This document shows, one piece after another, positions 49,137-59,721 of a stretch of 64,000 nucleotides of DNA. Under the pieces are notes generated by a model. That model made no database searches. It was not told where the DNA came from and saw nothing but the letters and a program-made list of their open reading frames with translations. Made by a program: the position numbers and the translations under genes. The stretch lies in the IMG/VR virus record IMGVR_UViG_3300028393_000048, positions 1 through 64,000 of that record, one strand, 5' to 3'. Position 1 is the first letter of the stretch, and every line of letters begins with the position of its first letter. Origin of the DNA: an uncultured virus (IMG/VR IMGVR_UViG_3300028393_000048). Taxonomy: Duplodnaviria; Heunggongvirae; Uroviricota; Caudoviricetes.

Positions 49137-49713
49137 TCATCCAACTTATAACTCTATGAGCCTGTTGATCAATTTGCTCCTTTTCATCAGGTATACTTTC
49201 AGACAATGAACTCCATTTAACATTATAATCTGCTAGATTACAAATAATTTTATTGTTCACCTTTTCTGTATCATTGGCATCATAAATTCCATCTCTTTCT
49301 ACAAAAATCAAAAAGCCACCGACTTCATTTTTAAGCCATTGAACTTCATCCTTGAGATATTCAACATAACGAATATCTGGTAATATGTTTATTGCGTATT
49401 GTTCTGGTTCAAATCTTTCAATAAAGTATCTGCCTTGGGTTTTTGCTCTTTGCATTTTACCATATTCAACAAGAAGAGGACGCATGAATTCTTTTTCGTC
49501 GTTTTTTTCCGTAAAAGAATCTAAATTAAACTTTCTTTCAATTAATTCTTGTAAATCTGACTTTACAGTATCACCAGCAATTGATTTTCTTACTGCTAAA
49601 ATATCTTTTTTAGCAAATTGTCTTTGTAAAGCTCTACAGAGAGTATCTTTTCCAGAACGAGCAGCACCTGATATTCCAATGATATTAGGGTATGAAAATA
49701 TGGTTTTACGCAT
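49102..49713 (-). CDS. Deoxynucleoside monophosphate kinase
   Basis: IIGISGAARSGKDT, R..L..YG..QR, PDIRY..E; ATG 6 nt after TATACT. Confidence 0.8.
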   Translation of the reverse strand: MRKTIFSYPNIIGISGAARSGKDTLCRALQRQFAKKDILAVRKSIAGDTVKSDLQELIERKFNLDSFTEKNDEKEFMRPLLVEYGKMQRAKTQGRYFIERFEPEQYAINILPDIRYVEYLKDEVQWLKNEVGGFLIFVERDGIYDANDTEKVNNKIICNLADYNVKWSSLSESIPDEKEQIDQQAHRVISWMTTIYQLDKQQP

Positions 49714-49754
49714 AAATATAGTATAGCAAAGAATTTTGTTATTGCAATAAAAAT

Positions 49755-51566
49755 ATGGCTGACAATACAACATTTACTCCTACTTCCGTAAATTCACAAC
49801 CGATTAACGGTGGTAGTGATATTATTAATAAATTTAATCCAAATGGTGCATCTGGAAATAATTCAATGACGCAATTTGGCGGTTCATTAAATATAAATCA
49901 GACTCTGCAAACTTCTACCATTGATACAACAATGCAAATGGGTAATTTGGCAGGTTATGGTCAAGGGCAGGGTGCTGCTAGTAGTTCAGATCCAAATGCA
50001 CCATTTATAGGTGGTGGATTGGGTGTCCCCCAACAAGGCAGTGCAGCTTCTGCTGCACAAAATAATCCTAAAAAAACCATAGATTCTCATAATGATAAGC
50101 AACAAGCAGCGTATACTAATTCTCAACAAGTAACTGATAAAAAGATTTTAAATTTAGAAAAACAAACTAACTTAGTTAACAAAGATGGAACCTCACCAGG
50201 CTTGACTGCAATTTATTTATTTTTTAGACAATGTCACTTGAATAAAAATGCAAGATATTTATTATTACATATGTTGGTTAAAGGATTTGATTGTGATGTA
50301 ATGTCTGCAAATTTATCACCAACACAAAATCAAGTTGTTATCGACGATGCATTTAAGAAAAGATTTGTATTAATGGGTAAAGATGCAAATTTAATTCCTT
50401 ACTTAAAATTAACTCCTGCGTGGAAAAAAGGATGTTTTAAAAGTGCTGGTGCATGGGGTGCTACTGCTGCCAGTAGCACTGCTCAACCTTCAAGTCCTAT
50501 TACAGGACCCGCAAAACATGCTCCAAGTTTAGTGGAAAAAATATTAGAGGGTATACATCCTGGCACCACAGCCGCTTTAGAATCCTTCTGTAATAAAATA
50601 AGAACTCATTCGTGGTTAGCTGCACCAAAAGGAAGTTTTAGTTCTTTGAGTCGTTTGGTTCATGGTATCGAAGCATCAATAGCTGCATTCCAAAAAATGA
50701 TAACAGATATATATCAAGGATGTATTGCAATAGTTAAACAAATTTATGCATATATAAACGGTATCATGGCTCAGATACAAAAGAAAATTATTAGTATAAT
50801 AAATGATATTATACCACTTGATCTATTATGTTTAATTTTAGATACTTTACAAGTTGTTTTAAATGATATTAATTTTTTTACTTCACTTTTTCAAATGGCA
50901 GGTCCTTGGTTAAATTATTTAAATAGTTTTCAACAATATTTAAATATAACTTCTTCATTTGTTCAAAATCCATTAGGAACAATTCAATCGTTTTTACCGC
51001 CACAGATTAACAATATTATAATTATGGTTAATCAAATGGCTAATGATCCAAATGGATTCATCAGTGATAAAATGACAAATTTCCAATATGGTTATGTTTT
51101 ACAAGCTTTGCAAGGTAATATGTTAGGTGCATTGGCAAGTAAATATGGTTCTTCTTATGCTGCATCACAAAGTCCATTGGGTAATATTTTATCCAAGGCA
51201 ACGGCAATTTATACTCATTTTGGTGGTCAGTTTCCACCTAATTTTGCACCGATCAATGCAAATTCTTACACTGCAACAGATGGTACACAAATTGATGTTA
51301 ATTCTAATCCTGTTGCGTTAAAAACTGTTAATACTTCAATTATTAGTGATGTAAATCCATTAGCAACAGCTACTGCTAATTTAGGTAGTAACATTGGAGC
51401 TATTGCTGGTCAAACCGTAACAAACCTTGGAAACGATGCTTGCAATTTTTCAAAAGCATTTGGTGATATTGGTGGAGGGTTGGCAGGTATACCATCTGAT
51501 GTTGGTAATGCAACTAAAGCAGTTGGAACTACTATTGGAAATATATTCACGGGCAAAACCCAATAA
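49755..51566 (+). CDS. Large putative virion/baseplate-associated protein
   Basis: 603 aa, G/S/N-rich ends, long amphipathic helices; precedes gp5. Confidence 0.5.
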   Translation: MADNTTFTPTSVNSQPINGGSDIINKFNPNGASGNNSMTQFGGSLNINQTLQTSTIDTTMQMGNLAGYGQGQGAASSSDPNAPFIGGGLGVPQQGSAASAAQNNPKKTIDSHNDKQQAAYTNSQQVTDKKILNLEKQTNLVNKDGTSPGLTAIYLFFRQCHLNKNARYLLLHMLVKGFDCDVMSANLSPTQNQVVIDDAFKKRFVLMGKDANLIPYLKLTPAWKKGCFKSAGAWGATAASSTAQPSSPITGPAKHAPSLVEKILEGIHPGTTAALESFCNKIRTHSWLAAPKGSFSSLSRLVHGIEASIAAFQKMITDIYQGCIAIVKQIYAYINGIMAQIQKKIISIINDIIPLDLLCLILDTLQVVLNDINFFTSLFQMAGPWLNYLNSFQQYLNITSSFVQNPLGTIQSFLPPQINNIIIMVNQMANDPNGFISDKMTNFQYGYVLQALQGNMLGALASKYGSSYAASQSPLGNILSKATAIYTHFGGQFPPNFAPINANSYTATDGTQIDVNSNPVALKTVNTSIISDVNPLATATANLGSNIGAIAGQTVTNLGNDACNFSKAFGDIGGGLAGIPSDVGNATKAVGTTIGNIFTGKTQ

Positions 51567-51571
51567 CTTTT

Positions 51572-52840
51572 ATGTATGATCCAGTTTTTTCAAATCATGT
51601 TGGTATTGTAATAAATAACCAAGATCCAGAAAACAGAGGAAGGTTACAGATATTTGTTCCTCATGTATCAAATACATTGTTTGCAGATTGGAATCAAGGA
51701 TTAACCGATAAGATTTTTAAATCCTCAGAAGTTAATAATTCTGCTTTTGGTGGTGGTGTTTTGGAAAGACTAAAGGAGCAATTACCTTGGAGTGAAATAG
51801 CGGTTCCTGCTTTTGGTGGTGGTACGGCAGGACCAATTAAATTTACTGGTAATGCATCAGCAATGCCATCTTATACTGCTAACCCTTTGGCAGTGACACC
51901 AGCATTAATGCTTATTAATGCAAAATCTCAAAATTTAAATAATCAACCAGCAATAAGTGTTACCGCATATCATGGAACTGATATTGGTGCTAATGGTCAA
52001 ACAGGAAATGTTCAAAATGATGGTAGATATCCAACGGTTGATTTAAGGACTGATTATTCAAATCTAGATTATATTACTTTAGATGATATGCATAAAATTA
52101 ATTTACAAACAGCACAACAATATTTGGCTAATGTACCATCCCCATCTGATGGTGAAAGTTACGCATTAGGTCCTGCTGGTTCTCAACCAACAGCTGATCA
52201 ATGGGCTAATTTTCTAGATTCCCTAGCTTTACATGAATCTGTAACATATGGACAATATATAGCAATTAATAATCAATATGCAGAAAATTTCTCAAATGAT
52301 GGAAAAACATATGCAATATCAGAAGGTTTATTTAGTAATAGTATAGGCGATTTAGGGGTAACCGCTGCAAACATATATGATCCAGCAGCACAAAGTGCTG
52401 CAACTGCACGAAAAATTGTAGATAAATTGAGTAATTCTGAAAATGCCATTTTTGGGTCTCCAGTTTATAATTCTAATGGAAAACTAATTAAACATAAAGG
52501 TGTAGCTAGTGAATATGGTACAGTAAATCGTTTTGCTGGATTATCACCAAATGTTATATCAGATAAATTAGCAGGTGTTAAACGTCCACAAACAACACCT
52601 TCTCCAACCCCAACGGGTACTGCTCAACCCATTAAAATACAAGATACACTAGCAGCAGAAGCAGGTGTTCCTATGCCAAGTTCAGTTGGTGGTGCTGCTG
52701 GTTTCTTTTCAAGACCCGCAGTTGGTGCAAAAGTTTGGGTGTTTTTCTATGATGGAGACGTTCAAAGACCTGTATACTTTGCAAGTGTACAAGAAGCAAC
52801 TAATTATCAAGTAGGAAATCAAAATTTAACAAGAGTATAA
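51572..52840 (+). CDS. gp5-like OB-fold protein with inserted lysozyme-like domain
   Basis: GIVINNQDPENRGRLQIFVP ... LPWSE ... [LALHES...SEGLF] ... P.VGAKVWVFF.DGD.QRPVYF. Confidence 0.75.
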   Translation: MYDPVFSNHVGIVINNQDPENRGRLQIFVPHVSNTLFADWNQGLTDKIFKSSEVNNSAFGGGVLERLKEQLPWSEIAVPAFGGGTAGPIKFTGNASAMPSYTANPLAVTPALMLINAKSQNLNNQPAISVTAYHGTDIGANGQTGNVQNDGRYPTVDLRTDYSNLDYITLDDMHKINLQTAQQYLANVPSPSDGESYALGPAGSQPTADQWANFLDSLALHESVTYGQYIAINNQYAENFSNDGKTYAISEGLFSNSIGDLGVTAANIYDPAAQSAATARKIVDKLSNSENAIFGSPVYNSNGKLIKHKGVASEYGTVNRFAGLSPNVISDKLAGVKRPQTTPSPTPTGTAQPIKIQDTLAAEAGVPMPSSVGGAAGFFSRPAVGAKVWVFFYDGDVQRPVYFASVQEATNYQVGNQNLTRV

Positions 52841-52844
52841 AAAT

Positions 52845-54938
52845 ATGGCAACAACAGGAGACATTTCAACACCAAACAACGTAATAAAACTCGACGGTAT
52901 TAATGCAGAAGCAGGTTCATTAAGTTTTAATACTATTTATAATAAAGATGGATCATCGGTAGTTTGGAATAACTATTCAAGTGCTACTTTCCAAGATGGA
53001 ACCTCAAAAAGCTTTTTAAAGTTTATGGCTGGTGGTGGTTTATTTAAAACTTATGGTGATTACTCGTTGGAAGTTGGTGGTAATAAAGTTACATCCGTAA
53101 GGGGTGCTGTTCAAGATACAGTTCAGGGTGATAGAAATCATTACACCATTGGTGATAAAGTTGAATTGGGTGGTGATCATGGACAAGCTGCAACCGATTT
53201 ACATGCACAATTAAAAAGTCATTTAGCTGAAATACAAACTGCAAAAATTAATGCTTATGAACAAACTAAAGGTGATAAAGTAGAATGTCCTGTTTGTTCA
53301 ACTAAAATTGCACAAGATAGAGCAAGTGAAAAAGCTACAGCAATAGCAAGAACAATAGGAAAGTATTTTTGGCCCCCAAAAATTAAATTTCCAATGAATG
53401 CAGTTCAGTTTATTCTTTCATGTTTAATTGTTCCATTTATGAGTAGCGGGTCTGCAATTGCCGCAAAAGGTGGTAAAAATTGTAGTAATCCATCATGCGA
53501 AAACGGAATGATTGAAACTTCTTCTGGTAAAACCGAAGCTGCTAATGCTGCTGCTGATGAATTATGGAAGATAAAAACTGATGACATTAACAAACTTGAA
53601 CAACAATTATCTGTTAGTAGTGTTTGTGAACACCATAAAGGTAGTTTTTCAATAATTGTTGGTTCTGGACAAATTAATGATTTACCAGCATATGCAAAAG
53701 GTGTTGCTGCGCCTCAAATGGTAGCACTGGAAAAGGGTAAAGATGCAACATCTATTCCTGTTCCATCGTCGCCAGGCTCTTGTATCCAGTATGATAGTGT
53801 ACCACCTGATATGACGCCAGGCGGTGAGTATCATATCGTTGCAGATAATAAAGTTTCTATAAATGCTGGTGCTCATGGAATAGTTTTAGGTACTAATGGA
53901 CATTCTGATTATCTTGCTGGTAGTATGAATATCATTGCAAGTGATGGTACATTGAATTTGGCATCAAAGGGTAAAACCGTTTTAAAGGGTGCAAATATTA
54001 AAATTGATGCAAATGATGGAAGTGGTGATCATGGATTGGAAATTGATGCAAAAAAGGCAATGGTTAAAGGTCAATTGAGTGTAACAGGTGATTTAGTTGT
54101 TACTGGGACAATAACATGTAATGGTAATGTCTCAACTCCAAACACAATAACAAGAGGAATGACTCTTATTACAGATCCTGCCTCATCTCCACACTATAAC
54201 GGAGGGGATGCAATTCATAACAGTACTTTCCCAATACCAAATGGTGTTCAGGCAACTGTTTATAATACAATTGGTAAAACTTTAGAAAAAATACAAGATG
54301 GAATTGATGCATTAAACTCTCTTTTAACTTTATCTTGGTTGTTTGATACAGTTCAAACTGCAATACAAGGTGCTAAAATGAATTTACCTGTTACGAATAC
54401 AGGTATACCAACTGGATATGCTATGGTTTATGATTGTACGACTTATAATCCACTAATGGCGTATATTATTAACGGTCCTCCCGCACCCGCACCAGTTTAT
54501 GGAACTCAGGTTACGGTTGTTGGTGCTGGTGCAGCTACAATTACGGGATTTGCTATGGTTCAACCCGCATGTATTCCTGTGTGGACGCAACCACACGTTC
54601 ACTCTCATTATGATGATTTCCATACTCATGCTTATGCAACTGCTGCTGGTTCTTGGCATGGTAATATTGGTGGTATAAATTCTGCAACTCCTGCACCAAG
54701 TCATATACCATCACCTGCTTCCGCACCTATGGCATCTACACCTAGTGCAAAGGATTTGCCAAGCTCTTGTGGTGGTGGTGGTGCGTTTTCATTCCCTCCA
54801 ACAAAATACAGAAATCAAGCTTACAATATTGAAGGTGATGAATTTAAACAAAGCAATTATGTTGATGCTAAAACAACTTTTACACCAGATGGTAATCTGG
54901 TTCCACCAGCTGAATCCAGTTTAAAATACGTCTGTTAA
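52845..54938 (+). CDS. gp5 C-terminal-like beta-helix spike protein
   Basis: V.G[DN] repeats, VKGQLSVTGDLVVTG, His-rich HVHSHYDDFHTH; CPVC...CSNPSC insert. Confidence 0.65.
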   Translation: MATTGDISTPNNVIKLDGINAEAGSLSFNTIYNKDGSSVVWNNYSSATFQDGTSKSFLKFMAGGGLFKTYGDYSLEVGGNKVTSVRGAVQDTVQGDRNHYTIGDKVELGGDHGQAATDLHAQLKSHLAEIQTAKINAYEQTKGDKVECPVCSTKIAQDRASEKATAIARTIGKYFWPPKIKFPMNAVQFILSCLIVPFMSSGSAIAAKGGKNCSNPSCENGMIETSSGKTEAANAAADELWKIKTDDINKLEQQLSVSSVCEHHKGSFSIIVGSGQINDLPAYAKGVAAPQMVALEKGKDATSIPVPSSPGSCIQYDSVPPDMTPGGEYHIVADNKVSINAGAHGIVLGTNGHSDYLAGSMNIIASDGTLNLASKGKTVLKGANIKIDANDGSGDHGLEIDAKKAMVKGQLSVTGDLVVTGTITCNGNVSTPNTITRGMTLITDPASSPHYNGGDAIHNSTFPIPNGVQATVYNTIGKTLEKIQDGIDALNSLLTLSWLFDTVQTAIQGAKMNLPVTNTGIPTGYAMVYDCTTYNPLMAYIINGPPAPAPVYGTQVTVVGAGAATITGFAMVQPACIPVWTQPHVHSHYDDFHTHAYATAAGSWHGNIGGINSATPAPSHIPSPASAPMASTPSAKDLPSSCGGGGAFSFPPTKYRNQAYNIEGDEFKQSNYVDAKTTFTPDGNLVPPAESSLKYVC

Positions 54939-55936
54939 CTATTAAAATAAGTTGTAACAGTGTTTAAACTCTGTGTTGTTATACCACTAAGACCACTTAT
55001 GGAACTATTAACCATGTTAACATATTGCTCATTGGGTTTTGCAGAAAATATATCAACTGCACTCATTTGATGCTGCACTGCCAATGTGGAATTATTAATC
55101 AAAGTAACATAATTTGCGATAGGTTCTAAGAAAATTCTAGCTAATGCATTATTTGCAAACAAAGTATTGTTTTTAATTATTACTTCTGCATCAGAAGCAA
55201 TATAACCAGCACTTGCTAATTTTTTAGCAACATATGATTGCATTTCAGGATGATACTTAAGATATATTGCTATTGATGAATCTTGTGCGTAGTCTAATTC
55301 AACGTAAAAAAATTGTGGTCTTGGGAATGCAAACAATTTTGCATTCCACTGAGCTTTTGGATAATAAAGTTGCAAATATTCGCAAAATGCATCAGCATCC
55401 TTGTTAGATCCACTTATGATTGCATTATTAACTACTGCTAATACGTCTTCTGCTTTAAATGGCTTTAGTAATTCATTTGGATCAGCTATTGGTGGAATGT
55501 TATAACCAAACAAATTAATGTTACCATTGCCAACCGTGGTTAAAATAGGAGCAATCTGTGATTGCTTTATTGGGTTTCCATCTGAATCACAAATATAATT
55601 GTTTATTATCTGTGTACCCCCTGCCTGTTTGACTTCAACTTGAGTTACTAACTTTGGTAAAAAATTAGCAAATGCTATATGTAATAAATCTCCATCTGAA
55701 AATCGGTGATCACCTATGGCAGTAAGAGCCGTAAAATTTATATGAGGACTGATATCATAAGGTGTTGGGGGGATTAAAACTGGATCTATCGATTCGTCAG
55801 TAGCATGTTGCAAAAGGTTACATAAAAACGGAAGTATGTTGAAATTTGGATCGGTAACTGCACTCCCCATTGGAAAAAATGCAGGATTTAATTTTGTTAC
55901 ATCACATATTGGATCTGCTGTTGGTATATTATTCAT
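54935..55936 (-). CDS. Hypothetical protein, possibly structural
   Basis: 333-aa ORF. Confidence 0.55.
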   Translation of the reverse strand: MNNIPTADPICDVTKLNPAFFPMGSAVTDPNFNILPFLCNLLQHATDESIDPVLIPPTPYDISPHINFTALTAIGDHRFSDGDLLHIAFANFLPKLVTQVEVKQAGGTQIINNYICDSDGNPIKQSQIAPILTTVGNGNINLFGYNIPPIADPNELLKPFKAEDVLAVVNNAIISGSNKDADAFCEYLQLYYPKAQWNAKLFAFPRPQFFYVELDYAQDSSIAIYLKYHPEMQSYVAKKLASAGYIASDAEVIIKNNTLFANNALARIFLEPIANYVTLINNSTLAVQHQMSAVDIFSAKPNEQYVNMVNSSISGLSGITTQSLNTVTTYFNS

Positions 55937-56333
55937 CGTCTTGATCTAAAAAATTCTCATGTTGCTGTTTAAGAAAAATTGTTTTTAAAAATTCCATAAT
56001 AGCATCTCGGTCTCGTGCATTTTTAAAATTTTGAAGAATGATTCTATCGCCTTCAATATTATAACCAAAAACTAAAAACGCATCCAAGTATTCGCTCATT
56101 ATTCCTTTAAGAATACTTAGATCTCGCATTGAAATTTGATTTGCTCGTTTACTTTCTTTCATGAACTTATCAATACTTTTTTGAAGTTCAAGATTGGAAA
56201 CGACAGTAAAAACTTTCTTTGCTATTTCATCGGATAAATCTTTTGGATTTGTTTCTATTTTGTGCAAGATAGAGTCAACCGAAGATAAGGAAGGTGTACC
56301 AGTGTTATTTGGTTTCTTCTTTCTTGGAGCCAT
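55929..56333 (-). CDS. Hypothetical protein
   Basis: L..IMSEYLD.F.V.GY...G pattern. Confidence 0.6.
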   Translation of the reverse strand: MAPRKKKPNNTGTPSLSSVDSILHKIETNPKDLSDEIAKKVFTVVSNLELQKSIDKFMKESKRANQISMRDLSILKGIMSEYLDAFLVFGYNIEGDRIILQNFKNARDRDAIMEFLKTIFLKQQHENFLDQDDE

Positions 56334-56643
56334 AACCTTGTGCTTTATTATTAATGCCAAACTTTACAAGATATTCAATTAAAACCTCAATTGAACTGGT
56401 TTTAATTTTAAAATGTTCGGGTATAAATTGACCACCATCGTGCATTTCAAAATACTCCTCACCCAAATAATTATGATTATTAAAACAAGTAATCATAACA
56501 GATGAACCTTTTGGGTCAACGATGACCGTCCATGAACGAGGATCAGATTCTGCATAATCCGTAAATACCTTATCGGTAACGTATCCACTATCACGCAAAC
56601 GTTTTATGAAATAACTACATGTTGTGAGCTTGTTCTTTGACAT
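56305..56643 (-). CDS. Hypothetical protein
   Basis: 112 aa; TATAAATA upstream. Confidence 0.6.
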   Translation of the reverse strand: MSKNKLTTCSYFIKRLRDSGYVTDKVFTDYAESDPRSWTVIVDPKGSSVMITCFNNHNYLGEEYFEMHDGGQFIPEHFKIKTSSIEVLIEYLVKFGINNKAQGYGSKKEETK

Positions 56644-56664
56644 AATTATATTTATAGGTTTATT

Positions 56665-57420
56665 TTATTTAACAAGTGCAGAAACAATATATTTTAGTTC
56701 AACATTTTCATCTTCTTTTGTAGTAAAAACAAAGATTTTCATTTCATCATTAATCTTAACCTTTACAGGGTACTTGCTACTAATCAAACTCTTGAAAACC
56801 TCAATTTTGATGGAGATTGGTTCAATGTCTTTTCCTTGGTAATTTGATGATAACATCAAAGAAATATTATCCACATTCTGCATAGTTTTATCATCAATCT
56901 CTGCATAGACTCTACCATCTTTTGTGTAAAAATAAATCTTTGTAACATCTGATACAAAGGAATATCCTGACATAATTTGTCTGAGTTTTGATAACTCGAT
57001 ATCAAAAACAGTATCAAAGTTTAATTTGATTATGTTTTCAATTTTAACAGTTGATTCCTTAATAATACCATCATCAACCAAATGATATTTAAAATGAGCA
57101 TTTTCGGCTGTCTCATCGTTCTTAGACTGACACTTAATGTTATTTTTCTCAATGATCATGGTAAATTCACCATCATCACCCAAACAATCAAGACCAGTTA
57201 AGAACTTCTTGATATTAATAATATTGAGTTTTGAATCTTCAATTTGCATCGGAAGATTACAAACAGCATAAAGAATTACACTATTATCAGCGGAAGTACA
57301 AAGAGAATACAAACTATCGCTACTGGTTCGCAGTACGCAGCTTTCTGTAACCCTATTGATAGGCTTTAAAAGCTTTTCAATAGATGTTTTCGGAATTGGA
57401 AGAAGATTGTTATTGCTCAC
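56665..57420 (-). CDS. Sliding clamp (gp45-like)
   Basis: 251 aa, two alpha/beta repeats, ends YIVSALVK; in replication cluster. Confidence 0.65.
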   Translation of the reverse strand: MSNNNLLPIPKTSIEKLLKPINRVTESCVLRTSSDSLYSLCTSADNSVILYAVCNLPMQIEDSKLNIINIKKFLTGLDCLGDDGEFTMIIEKNNIKCQSKNDETAENAHFKYHLVDDGIIKESTVKIENIIKLNFDTVFDIELSKLRQIMSGYSFVSDVTKIYFYTKDGRVYAEIDDKTMQNVDNISLMLSSNYQGKDIEPISIKIEVFKSLISSKYPVKVKINDEMKIFVFTTKEDENVELKYIVSALVK

Positions 57421-57871
57421 TTTGTTGAATTGTTATTTTATTAACTAATTCTAACAGAGTTTCCAAAGTATTACCAATCCTTTCTACATTTTTTTCAATA
57501 TTTGTTAGTGATTCGTTTGAAATCGGTGTATTCTGCGGCAATGGAGCAGAAGGTAACGGAATCATTTGCGCCGCTATGTCTTCAAATGAAGGTTGAGGTG
57601 GAACAAATGACGGTGCATCTGGAATCATTGCTCTAACTTGATCTTCGGATGGGTATGGACTAGATACATTTCTATATCCAAAATTTTGTCTAGGTGCATT
57701 GTTTCTTCTTGGATCGTGCTGTCTAACATTATTGATAAATTTATTTAAATCAATACGATTAGCTGGTACATCTGAACTTTCTACGGTCATCTGATCCATT
57801 GTTCTAAGATGAGACCCAACCATAGCAGCAAGTTTTGCTGCTTCTAACGCTTCCTCTTGTTGGCGATTCAT
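57410..57871 (-). CDS. Hypothetical protein
   Basis: 153 aa, Pro-rich middle, C-terminal helix. Confidence 0.55.
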   Translation of the reverse strand: MNRQQEEALEAAKLAAMVGSHLRTMDQMTVESSDVPANRIDLNKFINNVRQHDPRRNNAPRQNFGYRNVSSPYPSEDQVRAMIPDAPSFVPPQPSFEDIAAQMIPLPSAPLPQNTPISNESLTNIEKNVERIGNTLETLLELVNKITIQQSEQ

Positions 57872-57873
57872 TC

Positions 57874-58725
57874 TTAGAGATCTTTGAGGATATCCTGAAC
57901 CTTCTTCTCCTGTTCAGAAAGAACTGGTGTTGGTTTTTCAACATCTGGTTTTACATCCTCAAATGTCTTGTCATCATCTTCTTCGGTGTCACCAATCTGG
58001 GTTGGAGTCGAAGAAACTTCCTTGCCAAAGAAATGAGAATCAAGGAGGTTCTTGATCTCCTCATACGACTTCTGTTGAAAGATAGTATCAAGACTCTTAA
58101 CCTGATTGTAAATCTCATCAGCATCATCAAGACCCTCAACAGGACTTGGTGAAACAAACCTTGAAGAAACATACGTTGGATACCCACCATCATTGGTCTC
58201 AACCTTGATACGAAGATTGCAACCATTTGGAGAGAGATCAAAGATTCTGAAACCAAACTCATCCTTATCATCACCATCAATGGCATTCTGGATGATCTTG
58301 TTAAGCTGGATACCAGCATTGATGATCTTTACCTGACCCTCGTTCTCTGGATTGCTTGGGTCTTTGATAACCAAAGCATTGTAAAGCCACTTCTCAGACC
58401 TTTTTAAGGGACGAGACTGATCAATAAGAGTATCATTCTTTGCAGCATAAACCTTGCTACGATACTCATCAATTGGGCATTTCTCACCATACGTGTGAGG
58501 GCAGAGGCAGGAAACCTTCTTCTGTGAAAGAAGAGATGGGAATACGTGCTGGTAATAATGGAAGCGAGTCCTCTTACCATCAGCAAGATTTGGAAGCAAG
58601 CGAACAATGTAGGTCTTGTCTGGCTCCATCTTCAAGAAGTCCCTAAAACTGTTTTCTGATACGTCCTTTGTGGAAAGCGCATCCTTGAGTGAGTCGAATA
58701 TATTTGAGTTGTATTTAGTTGTCAT
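57874..58725 (-). CDS. gp32: Single-stranded DNA-binding protein
   Basis: VRLLP, H, C.C....GEKCPI, N.LVIKDP.NPENEG.VKI, FD....GCN..IK, YPTY..S.F, acidic tail. Confidence 0.9.
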   Translation of the reverse strand: MTTKYNSNIFDSLKDALSTKDVSENSFRDFLKMEPDKTYIVRLLPNLADGKRTRFHYYQHVFPSLLSQKKVSCLCPHTYGEKCPIDEYRSKVYAAKNDTLIDQSRPLKRSEKWLYNALVIKDPSNPENEGQVKIINAGIQLNKIIQNAIDGDDKDEFGFRIFDLSPNGCNLRIKVETNDGGYPTYVSSRFVSPSPVEGLDDADEIYNQVKSLDTIFQQKSYEEIKNLLDSHFFGKEVSSTPTQIGDTEEDDDKTFEDVKPDVEKPTPVLSEQEKKVQDILKDL

Positions 58726-58755
58726 ATCTATAATCTATCTTAGCAGCGTTTTTGT

Positions 58756-59403
58756 TTATTGCAAGTTATTTTTAATAAAATTCTTAATTTTGTTTGTTGC
58801 CTCTTTCACTAGAGTCCTTGTTGGGGTTGATGAGATATATCTTGATTTATAAGCAACAAATTTTTCATTTAAGTTTTTGGCAAATAACTCAATCTCATCT
58901 TTTTGAAAAGAAGATAAGCTGTCAAATATACCATCCATCTCCATTAACCCATAAGGATTGATTCTATGCTCTCTGTAATGATTTAACCAAGATGTCATGT
59001 AACCTGTCTTGTGACTCAAGTATTTTTCCAATGGAATTTTATTCTCCAAACAAAACATTGTTATGAACCTAAAGCTTTCCTTGATACTATCAAATTGCTT
59101 TTCTGGATCTTCGTCTTCTTGTTGTTTTTTAAACAAGGAATAATTTCTCGTAGCAGAAAGTGTGGTAAAAGAAACTAAAGAAGGATAAGCATCTTCTGGA
59201 TGAAGAATATAAGGAGCTTTAAAGTAATCATCAATCCTTATATGATTAAATTTAGAAAGAATTAAAGATATCTTTTTTAAATTCGTAAAAGTATTGGCAT
59301 CGATATCGGAAAAATTCTTTCTAGGAGTGTATGGTTGCCCCTTTCTAGAATATTTTAAATAGCAATTGTAAATTTGTTTTTCTTTATCTGATAGACTAAG
59401 CAT
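58756..59403 (-). CDS. Hypothetical protein, possible gp59-like helicase loader
   Basis: 215 aa directly upstream of gp32 (synteny only). Confidence 0.4.
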   Translation of the reverse strand: MLSLSDKEKQIYNCYLKYSRKGQPYTPRKNFSDIDANTFTNLKKISLILSKFNHIRIDDYFKAPYILHPEDAYPSLVSFTTLSATRNYSLFKKQQEDEDPEKQFDSIKESFRFITMFCLENKIPLEKYLSHKTGYMTSWLNHYREHRINPYGLMEMDGIFDSLSSFQKDEIELFAKNLNEKFVAYKSRYISSTPTRTLVKEATNKIKNFIKNNLQ

Positions 59404-59698
59404 CTTTTTTTCGGTTTAATTTGGATCTGAATATCTTTTTATAGACATTTGGCGTAGATCCAAGATAAGCCTTTATAATATTTTGTAAAGAATATTCTCC
59501 CAATAATGCAAAATATATTTTTTGGGTTTTTTTATCGTCTACTAAATATTTTAAAAAGTTTAAATAGTTCATTTTTTTACCTTTTGATATACAAACAAAT
59601 GATCCAAATTTTAAAGTAATACTTTCAAATTCTTCTATGTTTAGTGCGTCATACGGGTTACTTAAATTATCAAATTGTTGTGATGATGTTATAATCAT
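59396..59698 (-). CDS. Hypothetical protein
   Basis: 100 aa; TATAAATA upstream. Confidence 0.5.
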   Translation of the reverse strand: MIITSSQQFDNLSNPYDALNIEEFESITLKFGSFVCISKGKKMNYLNFLKYLVDDKKTQKIYFALLGEYSLQNIIKAYLGSTPNVYKKIFRSKLNRKKDA

Positions 59699-59721
59699 TA
59701 AGTTTATTTATACATAAACCG

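Noticed and set aside
57835..58852. Several overlapping ORFs on both strands of gp32
   Set aside because: Shadow frames from biased codon usage; no motifs or start signals
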